Below are positions 42,780 to 55,782 of a stretch of 64,000 nucleotides of DNA, one piece after another; position 1 is the first letter of the stretch; every line of letters starts with the position of its first letter. Location: the NCBI GenBank assembly GCA_964016885.1, contig OZ024742.1, positions 182,094,001-182,158,000 on the forward strand, in the 5' to 3' direction. Under the pieces are notes generated by a model. The model had not been told where the DNA came from, ran no database searches, and worked only from the letters and a program-made list of their open reading frames with translations. The DNA comes from Eledone cirrhosa (taxonomy: Eukaryota). The position numbers and the translations under genes were made by a program.

Positions 42780-43460
42780 GGGATAACAGACTGTGTAATG
42801 GAGTCTAGCATGCTAGGTATGGTCAATATATGAAGAGGAATATTTCAAGGGGATTCCTTCTCATTGTTGCTCTTTGTGATTGGCATGATTCTATTATCAA
42901 TGGTCTTACGGGGTACATGTATTGGCTATCAGATGGAAAACAGAATACCTAATATCAATCATTTACTTTTCGTGGATGATGTAAAGCTCTTTGGCAGGAA
43001 TGAATCTCAAAAGCGTCCACTGGTGTTGCGGGTACATTGGGATGGAGTTGGGTGTCGCAAAGTGTGCCACCCTGACTATGAAGAGAGGTAGGCATGTACA
43101 TAGTGGTGGGATTGAGTAACCTGATGGAGAATCAATTGGTGACCTTGAGGATAGTGGGTACGCATAGCTGGGCACCTTGGAACTTGGCAAAGTTCCAAAT
43201 AAGAAGGAAGTCTATCTAAGAAGGTTAAGACTACTACCAAAAGCGAAATTGAATGGGAAGAACTTCATTACCTCTATCAATGTCTGAGATATGTCAGTTA
43301 TTAGATAGAGTGTGGCTATTTTGAATTGGACCAAAGAAGATATAGAGAAGTTGGATAGGTTAACGCGTAGAAAATGGTTGACAATGGTGCATTGCATCCA
43401 AAAGCAAATGTCATCAGTCTATATAAAACACGAAACGTAGGAGGTCGAGAAATTGTGAAA
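42780..43460 (+). mobile_element. Degenerate R4/Dong-like RT fragment
   Basis: RGIFQGDSFSLLLFVIGM..INHLLFVDDVKLFGRNE, then LNGKN.I..IN and LHPK-like motifs, with stops and frameshifts. Confidence 0.8.
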
Positions 43461-44131
43461 TTGTGAAGTATGAAAGATTGCATGGCTAACGAATTCAGGT
43501 TTGACTCGTGTATAGCTCGTAGTAAAGACGAAATTTTAAGGCATGCTGTCTGAAGAAATCCTGTTGGTGGTTACGCGATGACAACATTACAAAGTTATTA
43601 TTGCTACAGAAATATGTATTATGGCAGATTATACACAAAATGAATTATGAATATCTACATGTAGCCTTCGCAATTTCCATTATTGTAAGTATATACTGCC
43701 ATATTTCTTACAGCCCTATTTATACAATTCTTTTCTCTTTTTATTTTATCATTAGTATAATATAAGCTTTGTTTCACAATTTCAATCTATACTTGTAGTA
43801 ATAAAAACACGTTGTCCGGCTGAAATAACAAACAAACACACTCCATACTGATTTTCTTTGTTATCCTTGGTCCAGAAGACAAATGATCACAGGCGTTCAA
43901 GCTATAACTTTCTCATCTTGTTTTTAAGCACTGTATATCTAAGACAACGCTATCGAATATGTCATATTATAAAACCGCACGTTGTTCTTTTGAGGAAAAT
44001 ATGGCTGTAAATTCTAGCTTTCCGATAACAAGTATTCATCGGGTATTCCTGAGAATACTCAATGAAAGTCTAAAGAGAAATATGAAGCAAATTCTAAAGA
44101 GATCAAAGTTTAATCGTTTTTAGTCTGCCAG

Positions 44132-44185
<54 letters not shown>

Positions 44186-44363
44186 AGATCAAAAGATGGT
44201 TAAATGAGTTCCATGTATTTTATTATGTTTATTATGCGCATTTCAAAAACAAATATCATCATGCAATAACATTTGTGTTTTCATCAGTGGATAGTGCAGT
44301 TTTAAATCAACATATCAACTGCACTATCCACAAATGTTTTTTAACCTTCATATCATGTCCTCC

Positions 44364-44434
44364 TATTTTATCTGATGAAAACACAAATGTTATTGCATGA
44401 TGATATTTGTTTTTGAAATGCGCATAATAAAATA
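44364..44434 (+). ncRNA. Type I hammerhead ribozyme inside a nested inverted-repeat element (44178-44560)
   Basis: tattttat-CTGATGA-long stem II-GAAA-TGCGCA-TA-ataaaata (8 bp stem I); the inverted copy at 44228-44287 lacks the 5' strand of stem I. Confidence 0.85.
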
Positions 44435-44560
44435 CATGGAACTCATTTAACCATCTTTTGATCTTATATATTATGTATACTCCAGTCCTACAAACTGTAG
44501 AGTGCTTCTTATCCGATATCTGCATTGCTTTATTGTACTACAATAAAACTCACCTCCTAC

Positions 44561-44609
<49 letters not shown>

Positions 44610-44756
44610 GGGGTAACAAATTATTGTTATAGGTAGTCCACTTAGGTGTAGTCCAGTCAAATAATTTATTGCTAGCATTGTTAGTATTGCTGTTATTGTT
44701 CTGATTGAACGCCATTACTACTATATATAGTAGCCATGCCTGTATATTCTTTTCAT

Positions 44757-44877
44757 TCTCACAAGCTCCGATGAATTGACTGGTTATAACTTTGTATTGG
44801 CGATCGAGTAACGTGAAAATAAGCGGATAGCGATCTGTAGACCTACCAGTTCAGAGAAACAATTGTCAGCAATGAGA
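44757..44877 (+). ncRNA. Type I hammerhead motif (U4>C)
   Basis: tctca..gct-CCGATGA-..actggt...accagt..-GAAAC-AATT-GTC-agc..tgaga. Confidence 0.6.
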
Positions 44878-44923
44878 TTAAAAACCTTTTTTGTATAGCA
44901 AACCGTGTCACTCTTCTTTCCTG

Positions 44924-44983
<60 letters not shown>

Positions 44984-45414
44984 ATATTTGGGGAGGGTCA
45001 TATTGTTATAATATTGCCAGAAATAATAATAAAACATGGATAGGTTTTCGCCTCTGTATGTTTTATATCCCTATAGTTAATTTAGCTGGCAATCAAAATT
45101 TATCATCGGGTGTCAGCTGTTTTTCATCCTCTGAGAAGTGGGGAATGCAGGGAGGCGGGTGGGGGTTTCAGTAAAAGTAAGTAATATTTACATACAGTCA
45201 ACTAAGGTGTTGTCATACACATGTGGTGTATGTATGGATCCGTATTTTCTGATATAGTCACAGGGACGTCCTAGTGACATACGTGTATTGAGCATTTTAA
45301 ACCAGGCGGAGTCCATCACTCCCAAGGTCTGACCATAGCCGATTTCTTCCAGGGAGGATGAGAGAGTGGGAGAGAGTGATAGATAGGGAGTGAGAAAGCG
45401 AGATGGTGTTATTT

Positions 45415-45735
45415 GATTTTTATTGACCGCGATACGAGGAAAGGCAAAATTGACCTCGGCGGAATTTGAACACAGAGTAAAGAGCTCTGGAATGAATAAC
45501 GCAGAGCATTCTATTCGACGTTCTTATGTCTCTGCCATATTACCACCTCTCCACGTTGTGTAGTGGATTGTAATGATTATTTACTTTTCCTACTGGCTGA
45601 CTCGTTAGGGCATCGGATTAAATCACTCGTTATTTGCTATAGCTCACTGCACTCTGAGCTCAAATCCTACTGAAGTTAACTTTGACTTTCATCCTTCTGA
45701 GGTCGATAAATAAAGTACCAGTCCAATAGCAGAGC
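45415..45735. mobile_element. Two older, divergently oriented SINE copies
   Basis: ggcaaaattgacctcggcggaatttgaa (minus) and gagctcaaatcc..ctttcatccttctgaggtcgataaataaagtacca (plus). Confidence 0.7.
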
Positions 45736-46365
45736 CGATTATTCCTCTGCCTCTCTTATCATTTGCTCACGTATTATCCTTTATTTCTCTGGACGATATC
45801 AAGTGTATTCAAACCTTGTGAGGAATGGGCTCCACCAAGTTTAAAGAGTCAAGAGCACCAACGAACCCATTAGGTGATAACAGCCTTTTTCTATCTTCTG
45901 TAACCCATTTTTAATTGCTGTTCGAAGTGTTTTACCGCTTACCTGAATAAGTCGATATTCTTAAGAATTTGGTAAAAAAAAAGCATGCACGTCTCTATAC
46001 ACGTTTCTCATTAAAAGTATATATCAAATACTCTCTTCCTCTTCAAAAGAGACCAGTTATTACTCCAACATATAATTAATCAAAACTGGAACAGTTAAAT
46101 GTTTGAGGGTCTGAATATTCGTTTCGTTCATAGAGGTTAGTCACATGATATTGATTGTGAAGAAACCCATCGTGTCTGTATTGGTCAATCAGATAAGCTA
46201 ATGATATACGACCAGACGTGTTTATTTTGCCATCTTCTATATTTAGAGCAGTAAGTAATCTGGTAGAGTAGTTTTCAAAGATATTCTGTAGACATTAAGT
46301 GATGGGTGTCTGACAACAGTGTGTCTCCTAACATCATTTCTATAGTTTGCCTTGTTTGTTGCTGC

Positions 46366-46415
<50 letters not shown>

Positions 46416-46531
46416 CCTCAAAGGGACAGGAAAAACGCAATGCAGGAAAAATTACACAGGAAAAGAGAAGGCTACAGCGCTACAGATAATTAGAGGGAGG
46501 GGAAGACTGTGTGTTAATGGGTGTGAGAGAG

Positions 46532-46592
<61 letters not shown>

Positions 46593-46609
46593 TTCTCTAT
46601 CTGTCGTTC

Positions 46610-46661
<52 letters not shown>

Positions 46662-46758
46662 GAACGAGAGATAGAGAAAGATATATATATATTCTCGTTC
46701 TTTCTCTCTAATTATCTGTAGAGCTCATTTTTTCTCTCTCTTTCTCTATCTGTCGTTC

Positions 46759-46824
<66 letters not shown>

Positions 46825-47189
46825 GAACGACAGATAGAGAAAGAGAGAGAAAAGATGAGCTCTACAGATAATTAGAGAGAAAGAACGAGAATGTCAGAGC
46901 GAGAAGTGGGTGTTATTAGTGATATATATTGCCAAGATTTTATTGTATCTAAAGCAATTATATTTTCCATGTTCAAGTATATTCTCCTGGTTATTTCTTC
47001 ACATGCTCATTCCTCTATACATCACAACATATTACTGGTATATTCCACAATGGAGATTGTAGCATGTTGAAATATATTCTTTCCTTTCTTTTCATGTTCT
47101 TCACTCTGTTTACCACAATATATTACTGGTTTCTTTGAAACGGTTTTATAAGTGTGTTTATACGTGTGTGTGTATATATATCTAAAGTC

Positions 47190-47460
47190 TGACACAAGCT
47201 AGAGGGCTCGTTAGGCGGGTGCTTATCCCGATTTTGTGGTGGGAAGCGTCTGAGAGTACAAGCCCATCCTCCTGAACAGGAGTCTAGTCCATCACAGGGT
47301 TAAACCCCCAGCTATTGCTGGTACTCATTTTCAATTGATTATACTGGAGCAACCTGAAATGAAGTGTTTTACTCAAGAACACAAAACGCAACAAAGCCCA
47401 GGAATTGAACCCATAACATCATGATCGTACGTCGAGCACCCTTACAACTAGGCCACGTGC
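47190..47460 (-). mobile_element. Second tRNA-derived SINE family
   Basis: Minus strand begins gcacgtggcctagttgtaaggg..ggttcaattcc (A/B boxes), then gtgttcttgagtaaaacacttcatttca; related copy at 51688-51810(+). Confidence 0.7.
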
Positions 47461-47647
47461 TTATGTATAGATGTAGACTTTGGTCGACGTGTGTATATAC
47501 ATAGATATACACTATGGTCGACGTATGTGTATACACATATATAGATATGGACTAACGTCGACGTGTGTGTATACATACATAGATATAGTCTTTGGTCGCC
47601 GTGTGTGTATACATACATATTTATAGTCTTCAGTCGCGGTGTGTGTA

Positions 47648-48943
47648 TCTATACTATAAAGCTGACGGCCGTATGTAAGTAACAAACTTTCCGCCAAGCG
47701 GCTGGAACAAATGGCACCAAATTTGCACCATAGATGTAACTTTTTCCAAGTAAGAAAGTAAGGGTATTTTTGTCTACTGAATTTTGTTAAAAGATTAAAG
47801 ACATTATTTAAATATTCACTTCTTTAAAATTTTCAAATGTCAACACTTCCGGTTATACGACATTCCTAACGTCTTCACGAACGAAAGTATCATCTTCCTG
47901 TTTTCTTTCGGTTGCAACGTTTTTTGAAATATGTACTTCTGCGTTTACAGATTGATTTTTTAGTTTCAGAGATCCCGTTAAGAGTGAAAGCAGCGATTAT
48001 TTACTTAAACTTTAATCTGTTATTTTAATATATATATATATATATAATTATATATTCGTGTACAGATATTTTTGCATACACAAAAACAAAATATAAACAA
48101 ACGTATTTATTTCACGAAAGCACAAACGGCTTATCGTCATTGCTACTGCCTATATGCCACCCAAAAAGTCCTAGCATGGTTGCAAGATCAGATTTTCCAG
48201 AAGAAAAAATGTTATAACAAACGTATTTATTTCACGAAAGTACAGACGGATTATCGTCATTGTTACTGCCGATATGCCACCCAAAAAGTCCTAGCCTGGC
48301 CGCAAGATCAGATTTTCCAGAAGAAAAAATGTTACTAGAGCAACAGAGAGACTAAGCTTCGAGATTACCATCAACAAAGCTCAGGGTCAAACTCTAAATG
48401 TGGCTGGTCTTCATCTGGGAAAACCATGGTCAATTGTATGTAGGATGCTCTAGGGTGAGCTCGCCAAACAATCTCTTCATCTTTGCTCCCGAGAGCCGAA
48501 CAAAAAATATTGTATACTCTGTGGCTCTAACAATGTAATTTATGTATTTTCTGTTACTTGGAATTTCCATTATGGTTGTACAAATTATTGTAAAGTTTGT
48601 TAAAAAATTTGTTCTCTGTTCAACCTTTATTGTTGTAACTATCAATTTTCTTTAACGTACTGGCTGAGAAAAAGAAACCTACCATGAAAGAACATCTTAA
48701 AGTTTACCCAAGCCAAATGTTGTATTTATTAACATTTCTATTTGCAGGTTCTTAGCAAGGTTACTGGCGCTTTAGTATTGCATTCAATTCTCACAACGTT
48801 TTTGATTGATATGGTGCATATATTGCAGCTATTCATATGTTTTTGAATGATTGTGTTTCGCGGCCTATGACTCCGACTCCAACAGTGGTGAGTGTTCGCA
48901 CACGAACACTCACACAGACACACACACACACGCATATATATAT

Positions 48944-48984
<41 letters not shown>

Positions 48985-49119
48985 CACACTCGCACACACA
49001 CGAACACTCACACACACACACACTGTAAACAAGACAATGCATTCAATACAGACGTTTTCTCTTCTGCCGGTCTTCTCTTATCATTTGTTAACCCTGGCGA
49101 AGCTGGGTATCTCAACTAG
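47648..49119 (+). mobile_element. Complete non-autonomous Helitron with a PIF1-helicase C-terminal remnant
   Basis: 5' A|TCTATACTATAAAG; 3' hairpin accctggcgaagctgggt plus CTAG|T; 48349-48538 reads RLSFEITINKAQGQTL..(frameshift)HGQLYVGCSRV..TKNIVY. Confidence 0.9.
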
Positions 49120-49321
49120 TATACATATATAGATATAGACCTTGGTCTATACATAGCCTATATTTTAAATCCATGTTTCATTTCTGTCGTACCTCATTTC
49201 TTCCTCTCATCTCTCTCTTTCTCTCTTTGAGATTTGAATCTACTATGATTTCAACTTACCTTATTCATATCTATATATGTTTTTGCATGTCAGTTAGATT
49301 CAAGTTTACAATAATTGGCAT

Positions 49322-49352
<31 letters not shown>

Positions 49353-50016
49353 GAAAATATAGAAATTAATGTGAGCAAGAAGCCAACAGTATTTCATAAT
49401 ATATAAGTGACTATAACGTCAAAATGGAAAATAATTAACGTAAGATATGGGAAAATAATTCAAACTCAATTAAAAAAAAACCAAGACAGAGATTTTATCC
49501 ACAGATTTTGTGAAATCCAGGGAAAAAAACCAATAGTGTCTTAACTCTGAATAAAATAAAGTTTAAATACTCATCCTTCAATTTGGAAAAACTACAAATG
49601 CTGTATATAGTCTTAAAAAAGACTATTTCACGAAACTTTTCAGTGGGATTAGTCACGGTAGGAGACGTTCCTCAGTAGAGCTCTACACGATAACCAAAAG
49701 TACCACTGCCAAAATATGCACAAAAGGGAATTTAAAAGCAGGCTAGTTCACCTCGTGCGGAATTATGAAAATAAACACACATGGAGAGACATGGCTGGTG
49801 ACGTCAGAATGAGACGAATGTCTATTTACAAGAAACAGCAGTCAAAAACATTCCGAAAAAACTCTACAAAATGTAAGGAGTTCAGCAAAATAGAAATATT
49901 ATCGCGTTTTTTTTTTTTTAAATGACCGGGATTAGTCACAAATTATTTTAAGCACTCTAGGAAAAATTTCGAGTATAAATATAAATGAAAATATATATAT
50001 ATAAATATAAATGAAA

Positions 50017-50053
<37 letters not shown>

Positions 50054-50334
50054 ATATACATACATATATATGAATAAAGTATATATACATGAATAAAGAA
50101 TCATAGTAGATTCAAATATCACAGAGAGAGAGATAGAGAGAGAGAAAGGAGTGGGAGAAATGAGGTGCAACAGAAATGAAACATTAATTACAGGTTAAAA
50201 TACAGTCTAGATAGATGAAAAACAAAATGAGGATGTAATTTATGGAACACCCAAATGATTTCGAAGTTGACCTTAAGTAGGAGCACTAATATTAAGAAAG
50301 ATATGAACGACACCACATCATTTTTGTTTTGAAA

Positions 50335-50650
50335 ATTTTGAAAGTAGGTTTATAAGTATGAATTTTCATAGATTTTCGTACTTGTCTCAGTGGACTAAAG
50401 GTAATTACTAGAGATGGTGGAGGTTTTGGTCTTAGGTTCAATCCTGATCGAGAGGTATACGTAATCTCTTTCAGTATTTTATTATCACATGAGAAATAAA
50501 AAAACTGGAAACATTCACAGGGAACCCTACCCCCGACCAGGATCGAACTTCTGACGAAGATCACCAACGTCTATGCTACTTCCAACTAGGCCGCCGAGAC
50601 AGCTACAAAAGTATGATGAAAATTAATAATTATAAACCTACTTTCAAAAT
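50335..50650. mobile_element. Palindromic element with two convergent tRNA-like arms
   Basis: Terminal 21 bp perfect inverted repeat attttgaaagtaggtttataa; arms carry gtctc.g.gg.cta and ggttc(a/g)atcctg A/B-box-like motifs. Confidence 0.6.
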
Positions 50651-50677
50651 GCTATTAATCATATTTAGGATCGATTC

Positions 50678-50716
<39 letters not shown>

Positions 50717-50822
50717 TATATATACACAAACAAACACACACACATAAATATATATATATACATAAATATATATATACACCTGTACATGCACACATATTCA
50801 CGCACTCCCATATATATATATA

Positions 50823-51030
50823 TAGGAAAAAGTATGACCCCGACGTCAGAGCTCAAGCCGTTTCGACGGCTATTTCTGGACGGCTATTTCAGTCCAGAAA
50901 TAACCGTCGAAACGGCTTGTGCTCTGCCGTCGGGGTCATACTTTTTCCTATTTACCACTCTACTACCCTAAGTATTGAGTACTCTGGTGCGTTATGGTCC
51001 ATCTGGTTCCTTACCACAATTCCTTTGTTA
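50823..51030 (+). mobile_element. HHR-family A terminus with snap-back inversion
   Basis: Nearly identical to 35278-35440 but folded back further, in stem II. Confidence 0.85.
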
Positions 51031-52362
51031 TATATAGTTTCAGAAAATCCCGTTAAGGGTGAAAGCAGCGATTCTTTGCTTAAACTTTAATCTGTTATTT
51101 TAATATATATATATATAGTGAGTGTGAAAGAACAAAGGTCATTATTGAAAGTCTCAGGATTTCGTAAAATACATAGTATTTTTTATTGGAGAAGTTAAGA
51201 TATTTTACCGCAAACACTTGATTGCATTGTTTTGTTACCACTTATGTATTTTTTGAAAATGTTATTTATTCATTATTAAATTTAAATGATACCATTTTAT
51301 ATATAGGTGGGCCCCCTTCATCTCCTGGAAACCAACATAGATATAGACGTAGGTCGACGTGTGGTTATGGTAAATGAGACTTTGAGAAGAACTTTTGCAG
51401 TGGGATCGAACATCGGGATATCATTATTGCTAAATAAACTTCTTAACGATCTGACCACGTAACCGGTTTGGAAACCCGTCGTGTGGAGTTTACATGCAAT
51501 TTAAGGCTCCACTTGTGTCACACTCTGTCAAGCTGTAACTCTCTAATAATTATGCAAAGGTTGCCCGTGTCTGTGAAAGAGTCATCCAGTTACACGTTAC
51601 TCTAACGATCAGGTTGTTTTACTGATAAAACAACTGGAACACTCGCTGTTGAAACCGACAGAGTTCTATCCATACATATAGTTATATATGGCTGAGTGGT
51701 AAGAGAATTGGATTAGCAATCATGAGGTTGTGAGTCCGATTTCTGGACCGTGCGATGCGTTATGTCCTTGAGCAAGACACTTTATTTAACGTTGCTCCTT
51801 CTACTTGGAGTTGCGACCGATAGATAGTATTAGCAATTGGAAAGACCAACGGAAACAGTGTTTCCTCGGTCTGAACTGACGAAAGTCGATCGACTGTCGA
51901 TATAGTTATAGAGGAACGGAATTCTCCGTCGATTCCGACAATGAGTATACACGTGAAGAACTCTACCAAATGAATTTCTATTCGCAAAATTAGCGTTTAA
52001 GTGGCTGAGTATTCCACAAACATGAAAACTTACTATATAATCCTCAGGAGGAATCAGTTTGACACATTGTTGCAAGTGTAGATCTTTAAAGTAAAGATAC
52101 CTTAAAGAAAAAATTAAGTGAAGAACCACCGTCCCAACTATTCGTCAGATATTTTATTTATCGACACACTTTTGTCAGACAACCATAAAGTAATGTCTAT
52201 ATATGTACATATATATCAACGAATATCGATCTAAACCCTTATATATATATATATATGTGTGTGAATGAAGTAATTCCGTCGGAAAAGTCCAGGAAAAAAG
52301 AGTGCTCTATGTAGGTAACAGAGCTTAATAGTTATATAATAAACAACATAAAGCAATTATTC

Positions 52363-52417
52363 CATTTACCAGTGGTTTCTTAAAAGCAAAAAAATTTTGC
52401 TTTCAATCCTCAGAATG
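52363..52417 (-). ncRNA. Type I hammerhead ribozyme
   Basis: catt-CTGAGGA-ttgaaagcaaaa/tttgcttttaa-GAAA-CCACTGG-TA-aatg. Confidence 0.85.
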
Positions 52418-52677
52418 AAAAAATTCCTGGTCTCTCCTGACCAGGATTTTTTCATTAGAGGATTGAAAGCAACATTTTTTTGAGGATTGAAAGCAACATT
52501 CTTTATATATAATAAAGAATTCATATCTAGTAACATATATATACATACAGATGCATATCAATGTTAGCAAATATATAGGTTTTGTTTTAATAGCAGTGTG
52601 GTTCAATGCATGGGGTTGCAGAATATAAGAGACGTAAAATAAGAAAATTATAAAATTAACTTACTTACTAAAATATC

Positions 52678-52760
52678 ACTTCCAACTAATTAGTTTCTGG
52701 AATGGAGTAAATATATTTTCCGAAGAATAATATAGAGAAGCATTCCGTCGTCAGGAAAGT
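52678..52760 (-). ncRNA. Type I hammerhead ribozyme
   Basis: actttc-CTGACGA-cggaatg...cattcca-GAAA-CTAATTAG-TT-ggaagt. Confidence 0.75.
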
Positions 52761-53131
52761 CTATTCTCATGTAAGTTTCCAGGCAAAGCGAGGACACTGG
52801 AAACTTGTTAAAAAATAATTCAGTGGATAGGAAATAGCGAAGCGTGGACTGAATTCCAAGCGATTGAGAAAATCACTGCCTCTACGTCTGTGGCAAATTC
52901 AAAAAGAATCGAACACGTGACATCGAGGTCAATCAGTGGAAAGTGGTTTGCTAATAAGACAGCGGCCTGCCTACAACCGTAGCAGCAGTCATGGCCAATA
53001 TTGCTCGACAAATAATTTGGAGATAATAATAAAGAATTCATATCTAGTAACATATATATACATACAGATGCATATCAATGTTAGCAAATATATAGGTTTT
53101 GTCTTAATAGCAGTCCACGCTTCGCTATTTC

Positions 53132-53174
<43 letters not shown>

Positions 53175-53717
53175 TAGGTTACGCGCGTTTCGTCTCTGAT
53201 CAGCTCAAGGTTCGATCTGTATCGATCTTACCCGACACTATAATCCGCAGCTCGACGGACCCTTTAAATGCTAGTTACACTCCCTAACTATATATATATA
53301 TATAAATATTATACTCTTGAATTGGCCAGAGATGAAAATTTCCAGATATTTTTAGGTATGACTTTCCAGATATTTTTAGGTATGACTTTCTTTATTTATT
53401 CTTTGTATGAAATATTGATTGTTTTTCCGCTATCTTGTCTCTGTTTTTAGCCTGAGAAAATACCTATATGCATGTATAAATAATACATGCATATATTTAT
53501 TTTTTTTATATCCAATTGAGTTCTTCACGCATGGATAAAATTCTTGACAGAATTAATTGACCTGCGTTCATATTATTTTTTCCTTTTCCCGCTTGGTGAC
53601 GGTGTGAGATTTCTCTTTGTGAGACTGCTGGAATTTCAAATTTGGCGGTCACTCTAACACTGACGGGTACCATCGCTGAATGTTAATATAGTATGTTTTT
53701 TTTTATATCGATATTGT

Positions 53718-53846
53718 TGGGCATCCACTGATGATTTATATGTGCCCACCTGCATATATTCCTATAGACTATGTGTAGGCTTCTACATAACCTGGGCATT
53801 ATTTTCCCAAACTTCTAGAAAACTTATAATGAAACGATCGTTTGGA
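53718..53846 (+). ncRNA. Type I hammerhead, second copy of the 25454 family
   Basis: tcca-CTGATGA-tttata...tataat-GAAAC-GATC-GTT-tgga. Confidence 0.8.
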
Positions 53847-54025
53847 AAGAGGGATGTATTTAATTATGTCTCTTATAAAATAATACAACTGGCTATGCAC
53901 AAAATACGTAGAGTTAGTACCCCAAACGTATAATTGGGATTATACTCAGGTATATCCTAATGTTTGCTGAGTGAGACGGAAGTCGGTCGGAGTAATGCTT
54001 AAAGCTTTCTCTGTTAATGTATTAA

Positions 54026-54095
<70 letters not shown>

Positions 54096-54512
54096 ATCCG
54101 GGTTCAATCAGGGGTAACGACAGTAAGTAAGGTTTAAATATTTTAAATATAGCAGAGTTTAAATATTTAATATAGAAATGGCTTTTACAGGACTAGGACC
54201 GTTTCATTCGGAGGAAATCATCAGAAAAGCTTTTGAAAGCTGATGATTTCCTTCGAATGAAACAGTTCTAGTCGTGTAGAAGCCATTTTTATATTAAATA
54301 TATATATGTGTGTGTGTGTGTGTATACATATATATATGTATATATATATATTATATATATGTATATGTATATGAATATATACATATATATATACATATAA
54401 ATATATATATATATATACATCATACTCACAATACACAATCACACACATACACACACACACATACATACACGCGCACACACACACACGCGCGCGCGCGCAC
54501 ACGCGCGCACAC

Positions 54513-54551
<39 letters not shown>

Positions 54552-55316
54552 TACATACATACACAACGGCACATTATCAAATCTAGTACTTGGTTACTTT
54601 TTATTTTATTAGCCTCGGAAAGATGAAAGTGAAAGGGGACCTCGTCTGGAATTCAAATCAGAGAATATAGAGGCGAAACAAATACCGCAAGGCATTTTGA
54701 TTGGTGTTCTAAAGATTCTGCAAACCTTGTTACACTGTATGTGTACGCACGTGCGCGCGCGTGTGTGTGTGTGTGTGTGCCTATGTGTGTGTGCTTGTAT
54801 GTGTGTCTGTGTCCGTATGAGAGGCAGAGAGTGAGAAAGAGAAAGAGAGATAAGATAGAAAGAAAAGAGAGTGAAAGACTATGTGTGTCTCTGTACGTCT
54901 ATATGTATATGGCGAATTTGCAACAAGAAAACTAATTTCAACATTGTGCCTGCGGGTGATATGTGCACGTATTGTGTGTCTGATTAAGTGTTGTTTATTT
55001 TCTATGTTCCAGTTGAACACGATGTCGATGTATTTATATTTATGTCGTTTGTGTTAGGTTTATGTGCATCTGGGATATTGCCTTTGGGTGAACACATTCA
55101 CTATATTTTACTCCTATGGCAACGTCGGCGAACGGCTGATTAGCTTGTCCAACTTGTATACTAAAAGCCTAGTCACATAATTCATTTCGGTTATGAGAAA
55201 ACCAAGCTACAAGATTTTATGATCTAAAACTTGCATTCTCTTATTGTTGCATTCACTTCATTGCCCGCTTTGAGATTAACATTTAATTTACAGTCAAATA
55301 ATATTAACACAGACAA

Positions 55317-55782
55317 GGGTGGTGGATTGGCAGTATCAGCAGAGCGTCGGACAACATGCTTTTTTGAGCGTAGAGTTACATCCCTTTACATTCTGAGTTC
55401 AAATCCAGCCGAGCTTAGCTTTGTCTTTCACCTTTACGGGGTTGATAAAATGAAGTACCAGTAACGCACTGGGATCGATTTAATCGACAATCTCCCCCCA
55501 CTCCAATTGTTGGCCTTGTGCCTAAATCAGAAACCACTATGAACTCAGACAAAGATGGCGGTGGATTGTCAGAGTCGAGCGAGCATTGGACAAATGCTTA
55601 GCAGTGTTTGTTCCAGCTCTTTATATCCTGAGTTCAAATCCCACCGATGTTAGCTTTCCTTTTCATCCTTACGGGATCGACAATTTAAAGTCGCAGTAAC
55701 GTATTGAAGTCGATTTCGGTGGCTTTTCCTGCCCCTTTGCCCCTTTAAATTGCAGGCCTTTTGTCTAAATTCGAAACCATAT
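55317..55782 (+). mobile_element. Two head-to-tail tRNA-derived SINEs (diverged)
   Basis: Both have ggtggattg(g/t)cag heads, GAGTTCAAATCC and gaaacca tails. Confidence 0.8.

Noticed and set aside
49615-49682. Minus-strand CTGAGGA-acg...cgt-GAAA-TAG-TC
   Set aside because: No stem I and an incomplete stem III.
51688-51760. tRNA-like sequence
   Set aside because: It continues into a SINE body and has no intact cloverleaf; treated as a SINE head, not a tRNA gene.
54175-54300. CTGATGA...GAAAC inside an inverted repeat, related to 33010-33070
   Set aside because: Only 3 nt between GAAA and UH, and stems I and II are very weak. It may be a decayed HHR terminus but is not supportable as a ribozyme.
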